Positions 1 through 11,757 of a stretch of DNA of 64,000 nucleotides are shown here, in pieces; the stretch's first letter is position 1; each line of letters opens with the position of its first letter. Source of the stretch: Macrostomum lignano (Eukaryota); contig NIVC01000217.1 of assembly GCA_002269645.1 (NCBI GenBank), positions 62,001 to 126,000 on the forward strand. The letters run 5' to 3'. The notes beneath the pieces are model-generated. The model ran no database searches, was not told the DNA's origin, and saw only the letters and a program-made list of their open reading frames with translations. The position numbers and the translations under genes were made by a program.

Positions 1-176
1 AATTAATGGGATCTTAGGATTTTACAAATCAAATCAAATTTGCTTAGTGGCTTGTGCGAGTAGCAAAAATAAATTATTGTAATTAATAAAAAAATTAATT
101 ACAATTAATCAAAAAATGTTCAAAATAGTCGAGGCAGAAGCTACTAATGAATGAATTTATTTAATTTTAATTATCC

Positions 177-260
177 GCTGGGGAGGCGGACTCGAACCTT
201 GGACCTTATTGCCTAGCCTAAGCCTAGTCCTAGTGCCTACACTGCGGCTATTCCGCCTAC
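177..260 (-). mobile_element. tRNA-derived SINE head (degenerate)
   Basis: Reverse strand reads ...tagccgcagtgtagg...ggttcgagtccgcctcccc, giving A-box-like and B-box (GGTTCGAGTCC) motifs without a clean cloverleaf. Confidence 0.4.
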
Positions 261-792
261 TGATCGGAGGGCACAAAAATCAGCCATATATGCTTCGGCA
301 CTGCAGTCAAATACATAGCAGTGATAGGCTGCTCAGTGTGCACAGGTTGTATGCAGGCAGAGCCAATGCACAGTTGAGTGAAATCTATTAATAGCAATTG
401 TCTATGCAGTCCGCCAGTCAGCCAGGGTCAGAATGTACACACGCAGCCACTGAGCATTATTTTCCTCTCCTTTATTGCAGCCAGTATTGACTCCCTTATT
501 GAGTCTTCACGTACACAGTGAACAGAGAAAAGTTGTGGCGCAATCTTAATTGGAATTGAAATTCAGTTAGTGAGATTTTGACCTTTTCTAGCCTCCCATT
601 GAAAGCATTAAAAAACTCGTTTTTCGAATATTTAACCAACTTCCCATTCGAATTTTTTAAATGCAATTACACCCACACAATCTCACAAGAATTTGCAATT
701 GAATGAAGCAAGTTTGAAAAAAATTGGTTCAGGCATTCAGGCTGTGGACTGGAATACCGGTCAGACAGACCTTAGAGATTTAGTATATTGTG

Positions 793-873
793 ATTAATGT
801 GACTGCACTTGGAATCGAGCCTGGGTCACTGGCACACCAGAGCAGCTGCGCTACCGCTGGGCTACGGCCCCCC
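793..873 (-). mobile_element. tRNA-derived SINE, family A copy 1
   Basis: Reverse strand ggggccgtagcccagcggtagcgcagctg...gtgacccaggctcgattccaagtgcagtcacattaat has A/B boxes. It is homologous to 27020-27083 and 38740-38820. Confidence 0.6.
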
Positions 874-1099
874 TTGATGCTACTGACGTGTTAGAAAGAC
901 ATGGTAGTGTCTATGGAAAAAAGCAGAAATGCTCATAAAGCTAATCTGAGCTTTTGCACAAGTGCAGATAATTCGTACCAAGCGCTTGCTTTCAACTTGA
1001 AATTTTTTTGCGAAAATGAGTTCTCTTCAAAGCCTTGAAAGTCAGCGAAGTCAAGTTTTTGCCCTTTGGTCAGTAGGATGGAGTGGAGCCAAGATTTCT

Positions 1100-1449
1100 G
1101 ACCACTTATTCTCAATCCACGGTGAGAACAGCCTGAAAAAACTGCAATTTACGGATGGATCGAACGCTTTAGAGATGGCCAGTCTGCTGTGAATGAATTC
1201 AAAATGAAAAAATCCAAAAATGGAGATGAAAAAATTATTGCCATAGATTGTTAAGGTTGTGTAACACTACCCCTGACCTTTGCGCAAGTTTCTTGCTGTA
1301 GCTCTTGAATAAAAAAGATATCAACATGATTTTAACTTTGTATTCTTTGTGACAAAATTTCCTTTCATTTGACACCATGGGCGTGAAATTTCATGGCTCT
1401 GTTGAAGAGTTACGTTAGACATTCCGGGAACTTTTGGGACACCCCTTGT
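1100..1449 (+). mobile_element. degenerate mariner remnant (HTH fragment plus one terminal repeat)
   Basis: About 1130-1197 translates LKKTAIYGWIERFRDGQSAVNE, like a mariner N-terminal HTH. It ends in cattccgggaacttttgggacaccccttgTA, a mariner-type TIR end. No partner TIR was seen. Confidence 0.45.
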
Positions 1450-3058
1450 ATATTGTTATAATAACCATTATGCCTTATAGTTCCAAGTATACACCATGCA
1501 TGCAATTTTTTTTTGCTTTGTATAGTCTAAAGCTTAGAGAAGTTCTAAAAATTCCTAAAATAGTATCAGTTTTGCATACACAAAGACAAAGTATAAAAAT
1601 GTGTTTATAGCTGAAATTGGGCTGTAAAATTGCAGGAGGACCTTTAAAGGGAAATTGTTTTTGAAATTAAAAAATTAGCTACTAAGCTGTCAATACTAAG
1701 ATTCAAGTCAAGCATTGCTTGATTTTTTATTTTGGATTATTACTCTCTAGATAGCTAGACAACTAGTAGCCTCAAGTTGTTGTGCCACCAATAGAGGTAT
1801 AGCTAGTTTTAGTGTAGTGATTGACTATACCAAACAATTTTGCTGCCAATACATATTAAACTATTAATTTGTTAACTTGTTTTATATGTTTGGACTTTGA
1901 AAATAGAAAGGAATCAAAGTCAAGCAAAAAAGATAATTTAACAAACAATTCTATAGGATAGTGTACAAATGTTACGTGGTTTTATTCTGATTTGTTGCAA
2001 TTTTGTACATTTGTGTTCTTTGATTTTTTGGCTTTATTTTACCATATATATTGTTTGACCATAATTTATTATGTGGCTTTGTTACTTATATGCATTGATT
2101 TGTTTCAATTTTGGTTTGCTTTTCACAATTGCTTCCAATGTCCTCAGTCAATGTAATCAAGGAAATTATAATTTATAAAATGATATTTACAAAACTGAAG
2201 CTATACAATCTGTGTTGCTGTTACAGTATGGATCTGTCACCAAAAAGGTTTGGTGACAGATCCAGTGTCATATCTATTACTTCACTACAAAAGCTTGCAA
2301 TTACCTAAAGTTCTAGTACCTAAATTATTTAAAATGGCACTAACATGTTTAATTAATATTTTTGTTTATATTCTTGCTACCTCTTAACCACTTTTTTCTT
2401 CCTTTCTACCCTTCTACCTTTCATTATAGAAACTAGAAGATACTTGCACCTATTTTCAAATTGCTTTTTATATTAATTTTTGTATGCCTTATAACTCTTT
2501 AAGATTTAAGCATTCCAAATATACATACCAATGACATATGAAAGGCAAATGCACACCAGAAAATTCTGGCATATAGGAAACCCTCCTAACTATTAATATG
2601 CCTAAATCTTTTTTTTTGCAAAAAAAACAAAAAACACTAAAATCAATATTTTCCATTTGAAGAATATCTATAAAACTCATATTTGAATCTGTTTTATAGA
2701 ACTCAATGTTACCATTCTTTAATTGGAAAAGCTGTCCATACACTAGTTAACAAAAAAGTGCTTGTTTCTATCTATAAAAATATTGTCTTACCAAAAGTTT
2801 TTTGTCTTGCGCCAGTGCCATACTGCACTAGATTTTTCTTTCCTTCTTGCTATTGCGCTAGAATGTGCCAGTTTGGTGCACTTTCAACATCCTTTTGTGA
2901 TATAATTTTTTATGAAAGAGGCTATCTTCTTGACTATGGACTGGTAAGGTAATATAGTGTAATTAGTGTAAAGCCTATCATTAGTCACTGTTGATTATAG
3001 TGAATGCCATAATTTTGGACTTGAAGTTTAAATTATAATGCTATAATGCTTGGTTATA

Positions 3059-4373
3059 CAAGGGATACTCTAAAAGTTTTGCAATTCAACTATTTAAAGT
3101 TAATTCTGCCAAACTTTTCTATTACAATCCTTCAAAGTAGGCTCCCCGGAACTGCAAACACTTGTGCACTCATCCGAGCCACTTGTTCATGAAGCCCTGG
3201 AAGGCTTCAATTGGGATGCCATCAATCGCCTCCTTTGCCGCCCGCTCCAGCTCCTTGTTGGACTGAAACCTGCACCCCCTAAGCGACTTTTTGATTTCTG
3301 GAAAGAGCCAGAAGTCACAGGGGGCAAGGTCTGGTGAGTAGGGTGGGTGTGGTAGCGTTGAAATGCCCTCTTGGTCCAGGAATGCTCGAGTTGCAGCAGC
3401 CGTGTAGGCGGGGGCATTGTCATGGTGAAGTTTCCACCCTCGCATTCCCGTCCTTGGCTCCCTCTAGGCCACGCTGTTGATCACGACAGGCAAGCACTCT
3501 TCAGTATACTATCGAGCAGTGACTGTAGCTTGACCCTCCAGCTTCACCATCGCCACCACGCCTTGTGAGTCGAAGAAGATGGCAAACATCCGCTTGCCCT
3601 GGGACCGAGACCGCCTTGCTTTCAGGGGTCATTGCCCACCTTCCGGTACCCACTCTGCACTGCTACACTTTGTCTCAACGTCAAAATGATACAGAAACAT
3701 CTCATCACCAGTGATGACTTTAGAGTGGCACTGATGGCTCCCGTGCTCATATCAATCGATGAGAAACTGACAGAACTCCATGCGGGCCTGTTTCTGAGCA
3801 TCTGTCAGGATTTGGGGTATCCATTGGGCACAAAGCTTCCTGACTCTCAGGTGATCGTGTAGAATCGTATCGACCGCTGCCAATCCAATGCCAACATTCA
3901 TAGCTAACATGTCCGTGGTGATTCGCAGATCCTGATGAATCAGCTCCTGCACTGCAGCGATGTTTTCCTCCGTCACTGCTGTCGGAGGTCTCCTGGGCCA
4001 GGGGTCGTCAGAAAAGCTGGTCCTGCTGGCCTGGAACTTGCGGTACCAGTGTGTAACTGTAGCATATGACGGCGCTTGAGCCTCCAATGTTGCTAGTAGC
4101 TCGGCATGAGTCTCAAGCACCGTGAGCTTTTGCTTGTGGCAGTACCAAATTAGTAGCCGATTTTGCTCACGAATCAATTCCATGGCTGCAGCTGTACAAG
4201 CTACAGTTAAGGAGTCTCTGATTTTGACTGGGGGCTGAGCAGGCATATATGTATGAATTCACTTGAAAATTGAGGTGGAGACTATGTACATGTTTATTGT
4301 ACAGAGAGTTGGTTTTGAAGATTGTGCAACTTGCACAAGTGGTTGAATTGCAAAACTTTTGGAGTATCCCTCG
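3059..4373 (-). mobile_element. mariner (DD34D) DNA transposon, full length (~1.3 kb), inactive
   Basis: TIRs of about 32 bp (caagggatactctaaaagttttgcaattcaac / gttgaattgcaaaacttttggagtatccctcg, 2 mismatches). TA TSD at 3057-3058 and 4374-4375. Confidence 0.93.
3170..4246 (-). pseudogene. mariner transposase pseudogene
   Basis: One reading frame contains WIPQILT (WVPHEL-like), ITGDE, HHDNAPAY and HPPYSPDLAPCD, with D-34-D spacing. It is broken by four in-frame stops (TGA, TGA, TAG, TAG). Confidence 0.92.
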
Positions 4374-6466
4374 TACTTAGGAATGTGTCATGTCTATGCA
4401 GGAATATATTTTAGCATATTTTTAATATGCATTATACCAAAGTTAAAGTTACAAATTGTGTGCTAGGGCCTATATTTGTTTTTTGACATATGCATAGCTA
4501 GAGCACCAATGCTTAGTAACTTTAGAAAATCCAAAAAAAATTGGATTAAATTAAAAATAAAAATAACAAATCAATGTTTGTAGCTTTTTTGGGCTTTTTA
4601 AGTAAAAAAATTGTTTTATTTTAGCTTATATTAAAATTTATCAAAAAAAATCAACTTAAACTTTATGATAATATGCTATTTTATATTTTAATAATTTGTT
4701 TAATTAACTAAGAAACTATTATCTAATAGACACATCAAATTATGCCCTGGAAAATGATCTAAAAGCATATTTCATGTAGACATATAGATTATACATTTTG
4801 GATGACCCATTATAAAGCTAAATATTGCTACTCAGCTTTAGCTAGGCACTACTATGCACTTTTAATTTTTTGATAAACATTTTTATTGTGTATAGTATGT
4901 GCCACTTCATGAACATTTTGTTTATGTATACTAGAATTTCCACCACACTTTCTTGAGTGGGACTGCTTGGACACTTGTCATTACTAAAATGCAATGCTTA
5001 TTACTATGGTCTTATGCCAATAATGACAATATTATCCACATAGCACCATGCCAATAATGCTCTGCTTATTAGTATAGCAACTAAATTATATATGTAGGAA
5101 TGGCCTGCTACTCTTAGCATATACCATTCTAATAACAACAATATTATCTATTTAGTGCTATACCAATAATGCTATGCTAATTTACATAGTAGCTTAATTA
5201 TTCACAGATAATAAAAGAACTAGATGGGGCTTTTCCATTACAGGAAAACACTAAGTTACAGGTCATCATATTGCAGGAGCATTTTCCCAAAAAATTGTGT
5301 GCTTCAGAAATAACGAAAAACCAAAAATTTGTAAAATAGCTAATTTGATTGCAAGCTTATTCAAAATGTGGTACAAATCCTCAAAATTGCTTATGGAATG
5401 CCACAAATCGATACAATGTCCAACCATGATTAATTTAGTTTGAAAATATGTAGTTGCGCTTTGTCATATATATACACTATTTATACTGTCCTGCTCCTAT
5501 AAGTTATGTTTAAGTTTAAGTAGCGATTTTTAACTGTGAACAAAACTACAACAGCTTAGAGGTGTATTTTTATTTTAACTTTTAAAAGATAGCATGTATA
5601 CAAAGTCCAAAATAATAAATAGTGATAAAGAAGTGATAAAAGTTAATTAAAAGTCTTTTTATTTTCAACAACCAACTCGGAAAAAAAATTTGAAGGGTTC
5701 AAACCGTTGAAAATTAGAACAGCTAGACTATTGGCAAACTTTGAAATGGAGAAAAATGGAGAAGTTCAAAATAGATTCAAAGAAAAATTTAACTTGCTGC
5801 AACTGCGTAAATACTAACTAATGCAATTTTAATGGCTGAGCTATAAAATGAAGAACTTACTATAAATACTACCCCTTGCGATTTGAATGCTGTAAAATGA
5901 AGGACTTCACCTATCAATCTGATGAATATGTAATATTTATATACGATAAAATGCTGACAGAAAAGAGATATTTGGCAAAAATGAACCAAACTAAAGCTTT
6001 AACCAGCTTTAAAATTTAGAACACAAGTCAATTTGGCTTCAAAGTGGTGTAGCAGCTAAGATAAAGAGAAAACATAGAACAGTTTCAATTGACCAGCATA
6101 TAAAAGTACTTTGCTGAAAAATGCAGAAATTCTGCAACAGACAGGGGTCGTAGAACGAATCGCACAATGTTAAACAATTGGTGGTAAATAAGTAGCTTAA
6201 GAAAAAGCAAACAGTTTCAAGGTATCGTATTCAAAGCCATTAAAGCATAGTAGCATGCCAAACAAAGTGCTAATAAAATGACCATAGAAAATCAGCACAA
6301 TAGTCTTAAAGCACACTGAATGCCCTAAATGTCATCCCAGCAATTTGAATATCTGAGCTGTAAAATGAAGGATTTGCTATAAATGCCAATACCAACCCTG
6401 CTATTTAGAATGCCTGCTGTAAAATGAAGAACAGAACCAACAATATCAAGGGCAATTTGTAGGCTT

Positions 6467-9400
6467 TCACTTTGACTGCCGACTGCCGCCGGCTGTTTCG
6501 GCCTGGCGTTTCTTCGCTGCAGCCGACTGTCGACTCTTCGCTGGATTCGCTTGATCGGCGGCTGTTTCAGCGGGACGTTCCTTCGCTGCAGCCGCCTGTC
6601 GACTCTTCGCTGGGTTTGCTTTCGCTTGATCGACGGCTGTTTCAGCCTTGCGTTTCTTTGCTGCAGCCGCCTGTCGAGTCTTCGCTGGGTTCGCTTTCGC
6701 TTGATCGACGGCTGTTTCAGCCTTGCGTTTCTTTGCTGCAGCCGCCTGTCGACTCTTCGCTGGGTTCGCTTTCGCTTGATCGATGGCTGTTTCAGCCTTG
6801 CGTTTCTTTGCTGCAGCCGCCTGTCGACTCTTCGCTGGATTCACCGTGTTTGACTTGTGAGATGCTGCCGCTGGACCTCGGACAAAAGCAAGGAATGCCT
6901 CCGGTCCAACGATGTCCGGTTGCTGCATGTTGGCCAGACCAGAAATGATGCCACCAATCGCAAATCGTGCAGCCATGCTCATTGACTTCATTGTAGCTTG
7001 GTACGACTGGCGTGCAACATTGGGTTTGTGGCACAGTCGGATCGATACTGCCTTTTGTTGATTTTCGTCTAGGTACATTGCGGAGTACGTTTCAATGAAT
7101 TTCCGATAGGCTGTATTAGTCACATGCTCGATTTTCGAATTCTTTGCTCGCTCCCTTGTCCATACCCTCGCAAAGCCACCCGTGCCAAGTGGGAAGAGCC
7201 TGTCAGTTGGTGAGGCCGTCTTTGCTCTCTCTTGAATGTAATTCGCGAGAATTTCGGCAACGCTGTCGACCGCAACTCTACAGGCGCCATACATGTTGGA
7301 CGTCTTGTGCTCTTTAACGAAAAATTCGCTCTTCTGATCAGTCAGCCACTCAAGGCCTTCCTCAATGGTTGCATTAGTCGGAATGTCCGGCCTACTGGCG
7401 TTGCCATTCGAGAAGCACATTGAAGTGGTGATGCCAACAATGACGTCGTTGGACAAAATGTTTGATTCTGCAGCTGATTCTGCTCTAGTAATTAAGGAAT
7501 GCACATGCGAGTGCAAACTTTCGACTTCTTCTGGCTTCAGTAATTCCTTATCGAGAACGTTCCGCAATCTGGCATCATTTGGCCGACGAACCTTAAGTCC
7601 ATACGCCTTGGTTAGGCGCTTTAGACGCTCTTCGAACTCCAGAAGGTAGCATTTCAGGCCTAGATTCCGTAGTTCGACAAAACGGCGTGCTCGGAAAAAC
7701 GAAACTAAATGCGTTAACGCGTTGATGCATGATCGATCGGCTGATTTATTTCGCTTCGAGTCCTCCTCAACGAACGCGCTAACTTTATCACGAAACTCTT
7801 CAGTCAAAATCGAAAGAAGGTCCGTCAGCCCACAAGCTTTAGCTAATCGAGACAGAGCATCAGTGTTCTTCCGAATCGACGACGCCTTAAGTCCGCCTCC
7901 TTCCCACTTTGGTAGCCACTTGGCCAAGTCTGAGAGCTCGACCTCCAGCAAAGTCGCCTCCTTTTTGGCATCAATGGACTTTTTAAGCGCATCAAATTTT
8001 TCCTGGGCTTTCTTGGCAGCAGCTTCTGCAGGCTTGTAGTAATGAAACCGCACACGATGGGCAGTCATTGAGCGCTTCTCAAACAGAACATCACAATCTG
8101 GGCACTTCACCTTTCTGGAAGAGTCATCTTCAACCTCTTGCTGATTAAATACTTTGATCTCTGCAACCAGATCGTCTATATTCTTCGAGCCAAGAATATC
8201 TTTGTGGCTTTCGCGTAGATGTTGACGGATCCGGGAATGGAAAATTCCATGTTGTTGTCCCTCGGATTCCGATGGCTTCTTGAACGGGCAAATATAATTC
8301 ACACCTCGCTGCTTCGATGAATTTTCCTTACCGGAAAAGGCTGCATTAGAAGAACCAGCATCAGCGGCATCGGCATCAAGATCAACAGCGGCATCGGCAT
8401 CAAGATCGACAACGGCAACATGACAACCAGCGGCGAGAATGGCATTTAAGTCTTCCTCGGAAATAGGGACCAGATGGTAATTGCCGTCCTGAAGAGTTCC
8501 ATTTAGATGTTCAGGCACAACGAACTCTTGCTGCTGCTGCTGCTCAGGTGGCAACGATGGTAGAGTTGGCGGGTTGCCAGAAACTGGGTCACTTGTCCTG
8601 CTGTCCGAGCCAACACTGGCAGGAGTTGCATTGTCCTTGGACATTTTCTTATGGCCTGCATCGAGGTTAGGATGAAGGTAAGATAAAATGTAATGAACAT
8701 GATAGTCAGTGACTGCTAGCTATGAAAATATTTTCTTAAATAATAAATTTACATTACAGGGTATGCTTATGAAGCAATAGGATAATATATAGGTAAAGTA
8801 ACCTTCCATCAGCCATTTCTGCAATTTAACAGCCAACTGTGATTTGAAGTATCAGATCTGCAATTTAATGTCCCCTCCCTGCTGTGATTTGAGTCCTACT
8901 TAATCAGTCAACCTGCAAATATACTTTGAATTACAAAAAATGTATTTACCTAGAGAAGCAGTCAATTGCTGCTGTGGCTGCTGCTGCTCAGGTGGCAACG
9001 ATGGTAGAGTTGGCGGGTTGCCAGAAACTGGGTCACTTGTCTTGCTGTCCGAGCCAACACTGGCAGGAGTTGCATTGTCCTTGGACATTTTCTTATGGCC
9101 TGCATCGAGGTTAGGATGAAGGTAAGATAAAATGTAATGAACATGATAGTCAGTGACTGCTAGCTATGAAAATATTTTCTTAAATAATAAATTTACATTA
9201 CAGGGTATGCTTATGAAGCAATAGGATAATATATAGGTAAAGTAACCTTCCATCAGCCATTTCTGCAATTTAACAGCCAACTGTGATTTGAAGTATCAGA
9301 TCTGCAATTTAATGTCCCCTCCCTGCTGTGATTTGAGTCCTACTTAATCAGTCAACCTGCAAATATACTTTGAATTACAAAAAATGTATTTACCTAGAGA

Positions 9401-11185
9401 AGCAGTCAATTGCTGCTGTGGCTGCTGCTGCTCAGGTGGCAACGATGGTAGAGTTGGCGGGTTGCCAGAAACTGGGTCACTTGTCCTGCTGTCCGAGCCA
9501 ACACTGGCAGGAGTTGCATTGTCCTTGGACATTTTCTTATGGCCTGCATCGAGGTTAGGATGAAGGTAAGATAAAATGTAATGAACATGATAGTCAGTGA
9601 CTGCTAGCTATGAAAATATTTTCTTAAATAATAAATTTACATTACAGGGTATGCTTATGAAGCAATAGGATAATATATAGGTAAAGTAACCTTCCATCAG
9701 CCATTTCTGCAATTTAACAGCCAACTGTGATTTGAAGTATCAGATCTGCAATTTAATGTCCCCTCCCTGCTGTGATTTGAGTCCTACTTAATCAGTCAAC
9801 CTGCAAATATACTTTGAATTACAAAAAATGTATTTACCTAGAGAAGCAGTCAATTGCTGCTGTGGCTGCTGCTGCTCAGGTGGCAACGATGGTAGAGTTG
9901 GCGGGTTGCCAGAAACTGGGTCACTTGTCCTGCTGTCCGAGCCAACACTGGCAGGAGTTGCATTGTCCTTGGACATTTTCTTATGGCCTGCATCGAGGTT
10001 AGGATGAAGGTAAGATAAAATGTAATGAACATGATAGTCAGTGACTGCTAGCTATGAAAATATTTTCTTAAATAATAAATTTACATTACAGGGTATGCTT
10101 ATGAAGCAATAGGATAATATATAGGTAAAGTAACCTTCCATCAGCCATTTCTGCAATTTAACAGCCAACTGTGATTTGAAGTATCAGATCTGCAATTTAA
10201 TGTCCCCTCCCTGCTGTGATTTGAGTCCTACTTAATCAGTCAACCTGCAAATATACTTTGAATTACAAAAAATGTATTTACCCGGAGAAGCAGTCAATTG
10301 CTGCTGTGGCTGCTGCTGCTCAGGTGGCAACGATGGTAGAGTTGGCGGGTTGCCAGAAACTGGGTCACTTGTCCTGCTGTCCGAGCCAACACTGGCAGGA
10401 GTTGCATTGTCCTTGGACATTTTCTTATGGCCTGCATCGAGGTTAGGATGAAGGTAAGATAAAATGTAATGAACATGATAGTCAGTGACTGCTAGCTATG
10501 AAAATATTTTCTTAAATAATAAATTTACATTACAGGGTATGCTTATGAAGCAATAGGATAATATATAGGTAAAGTAACCTTCCATCAGCCATTTCTGCAA
10601 TTTAACAGCCAACTGTGATTTGAAGTATCAGATCTGCAATTTAATGTCCCCTCCCTGCTGTGATTTGAGTCCTACTTAATCAGTCAACCTGCAAATATAC
10701 TTTGAATTACAAAAAATGTATTTACCCGGAGAAGCAGTCAATTGCTGCTGTGGCTGCTGCTGCTCAGGTGGCAACGATGGTAGAGTTGGCGGGTTGCCAG
10801 AAACTGGGTCACTTGTCCTGCTGTCCGAGCCAACACTGGCAGGAGTTGCATTGTCCTTGGACATTTTCTTATGGCCTGCATCGAGGTTAGGATGAAGGTA
10901 AGATAAAATGTAATGAACATGATAGTCAGTGACTGCTAGCTATGAAAATATTTTCTTAAATAATAAATTTACATTACAGGGTATGCTTATGAAGCAATAG
11001 GATAATATATAGGTAAAGTAACCTTCCATCAGCCATTTCTGCAATTTAACAGCCAACTGTGATTTGAAGTATCAGATCTGCAATTTAATGTCCCCTCCCT
11101 GCTGTGATTTGAGTCCTACTTAATCAGTCAACCTGCAAATATACTTTGAATTACAAAAAATGTATTTACCTGGAGAAGCAGTCGA

Positions 11186-11221
<36 letters not shown>

Positions 11222-11757
11222 AGATGGCAGCAATGTTGGGGTCAGTCGTCTAGAAGTAGGTGCCAAGATAGTAGAAGTAGTAGACAAGACCTTTCTAAAA
11301 TGTTGAAGTTATATAGGACATTTAAAATCTATTGACTTGCATTGCATAGCCATAGATATAGTGGTGCTTATCTATCTTAGTCACCTTATACAAGTTGCAT
11401 TTAGTAGAGATCAGTTTATGCATCATAAAGTCCAAAATGGCATTATACATTAGGTGCAATGATGCCATGTGACATAATTTGCAGTGAAAATCTCAAGCCT
11501 TAACTCATGCCTATGCCCAATTGAATGCTAAATTTCAGAATAATAAAATAGAAAGAGAATACTTACTTGCCAACACAACCAATCCATGACTTGCCATTTT
11601 CGTCATTGTACATGACAAATGCACCTTTCTTGATTTTCCTACTTTCATTTTCTGACCCTGGAATGATTTGCAAATCCTCTTTAAACACATAATGGCATTC
11701 ACCTTCAGTTTGGTCCTGCCAGTAAACTAAAACTCGTGTTTTATGGCGATGAGCCAT
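6467..11757 (-). CDS. multi-exon tyrosine-recombinase-like protein (~1084 aa): Tudor/SH3-like N-terminus, polyQ, 5x 50-aa repeat exons, 2 C2H2-like fingers, YR catalytic domain, basic C-terminal repeats
   Basis: Predicted exons: 11757-11567, 11294-11170, 10875-10726, 10431-10282, 9987-9838, 9543-9394, 9099-8950, 8655-6467. All are GT-AG and phase-compatible, totalling 3255 bp. The last exon has CPDC..H..FH fingers and the YR motifs NASRP (R), HKT (K), TNTAYRK (R), LCH (H) and RQSY (Y). Confidence 0.75.
6470..6850 (-). repeat. 75-bp coding tandem repeat (25 aa: ANPAKSRQAAAAKKRKAETAVDQAK) x~5
   Basis: Directly visible in the DNA and in the ORF translation. The last copies are degenerate. Confidence 0.9.
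8531..11200. repeat. 444-bp tandem array, ~6 near-identical units (150-bp exon + 294-bp intron)
   Basis: The MSKDNATP start recurs at 8644, 9088, 9532, 9976, 10420 and 10864, a period of 444. Units differ at only a few positions (ctagag/ccggag/ctggag). Confidence 0.97.

Noticed and set aside
8900-10920. Fifteen 60-62 aa ORFs repeated every 444 bp, read as separate small genes or a CRISPR-like array
   Set aside because: The units are identical with no unique spacers. They are explained as duplicated exon+intron units of one gene.
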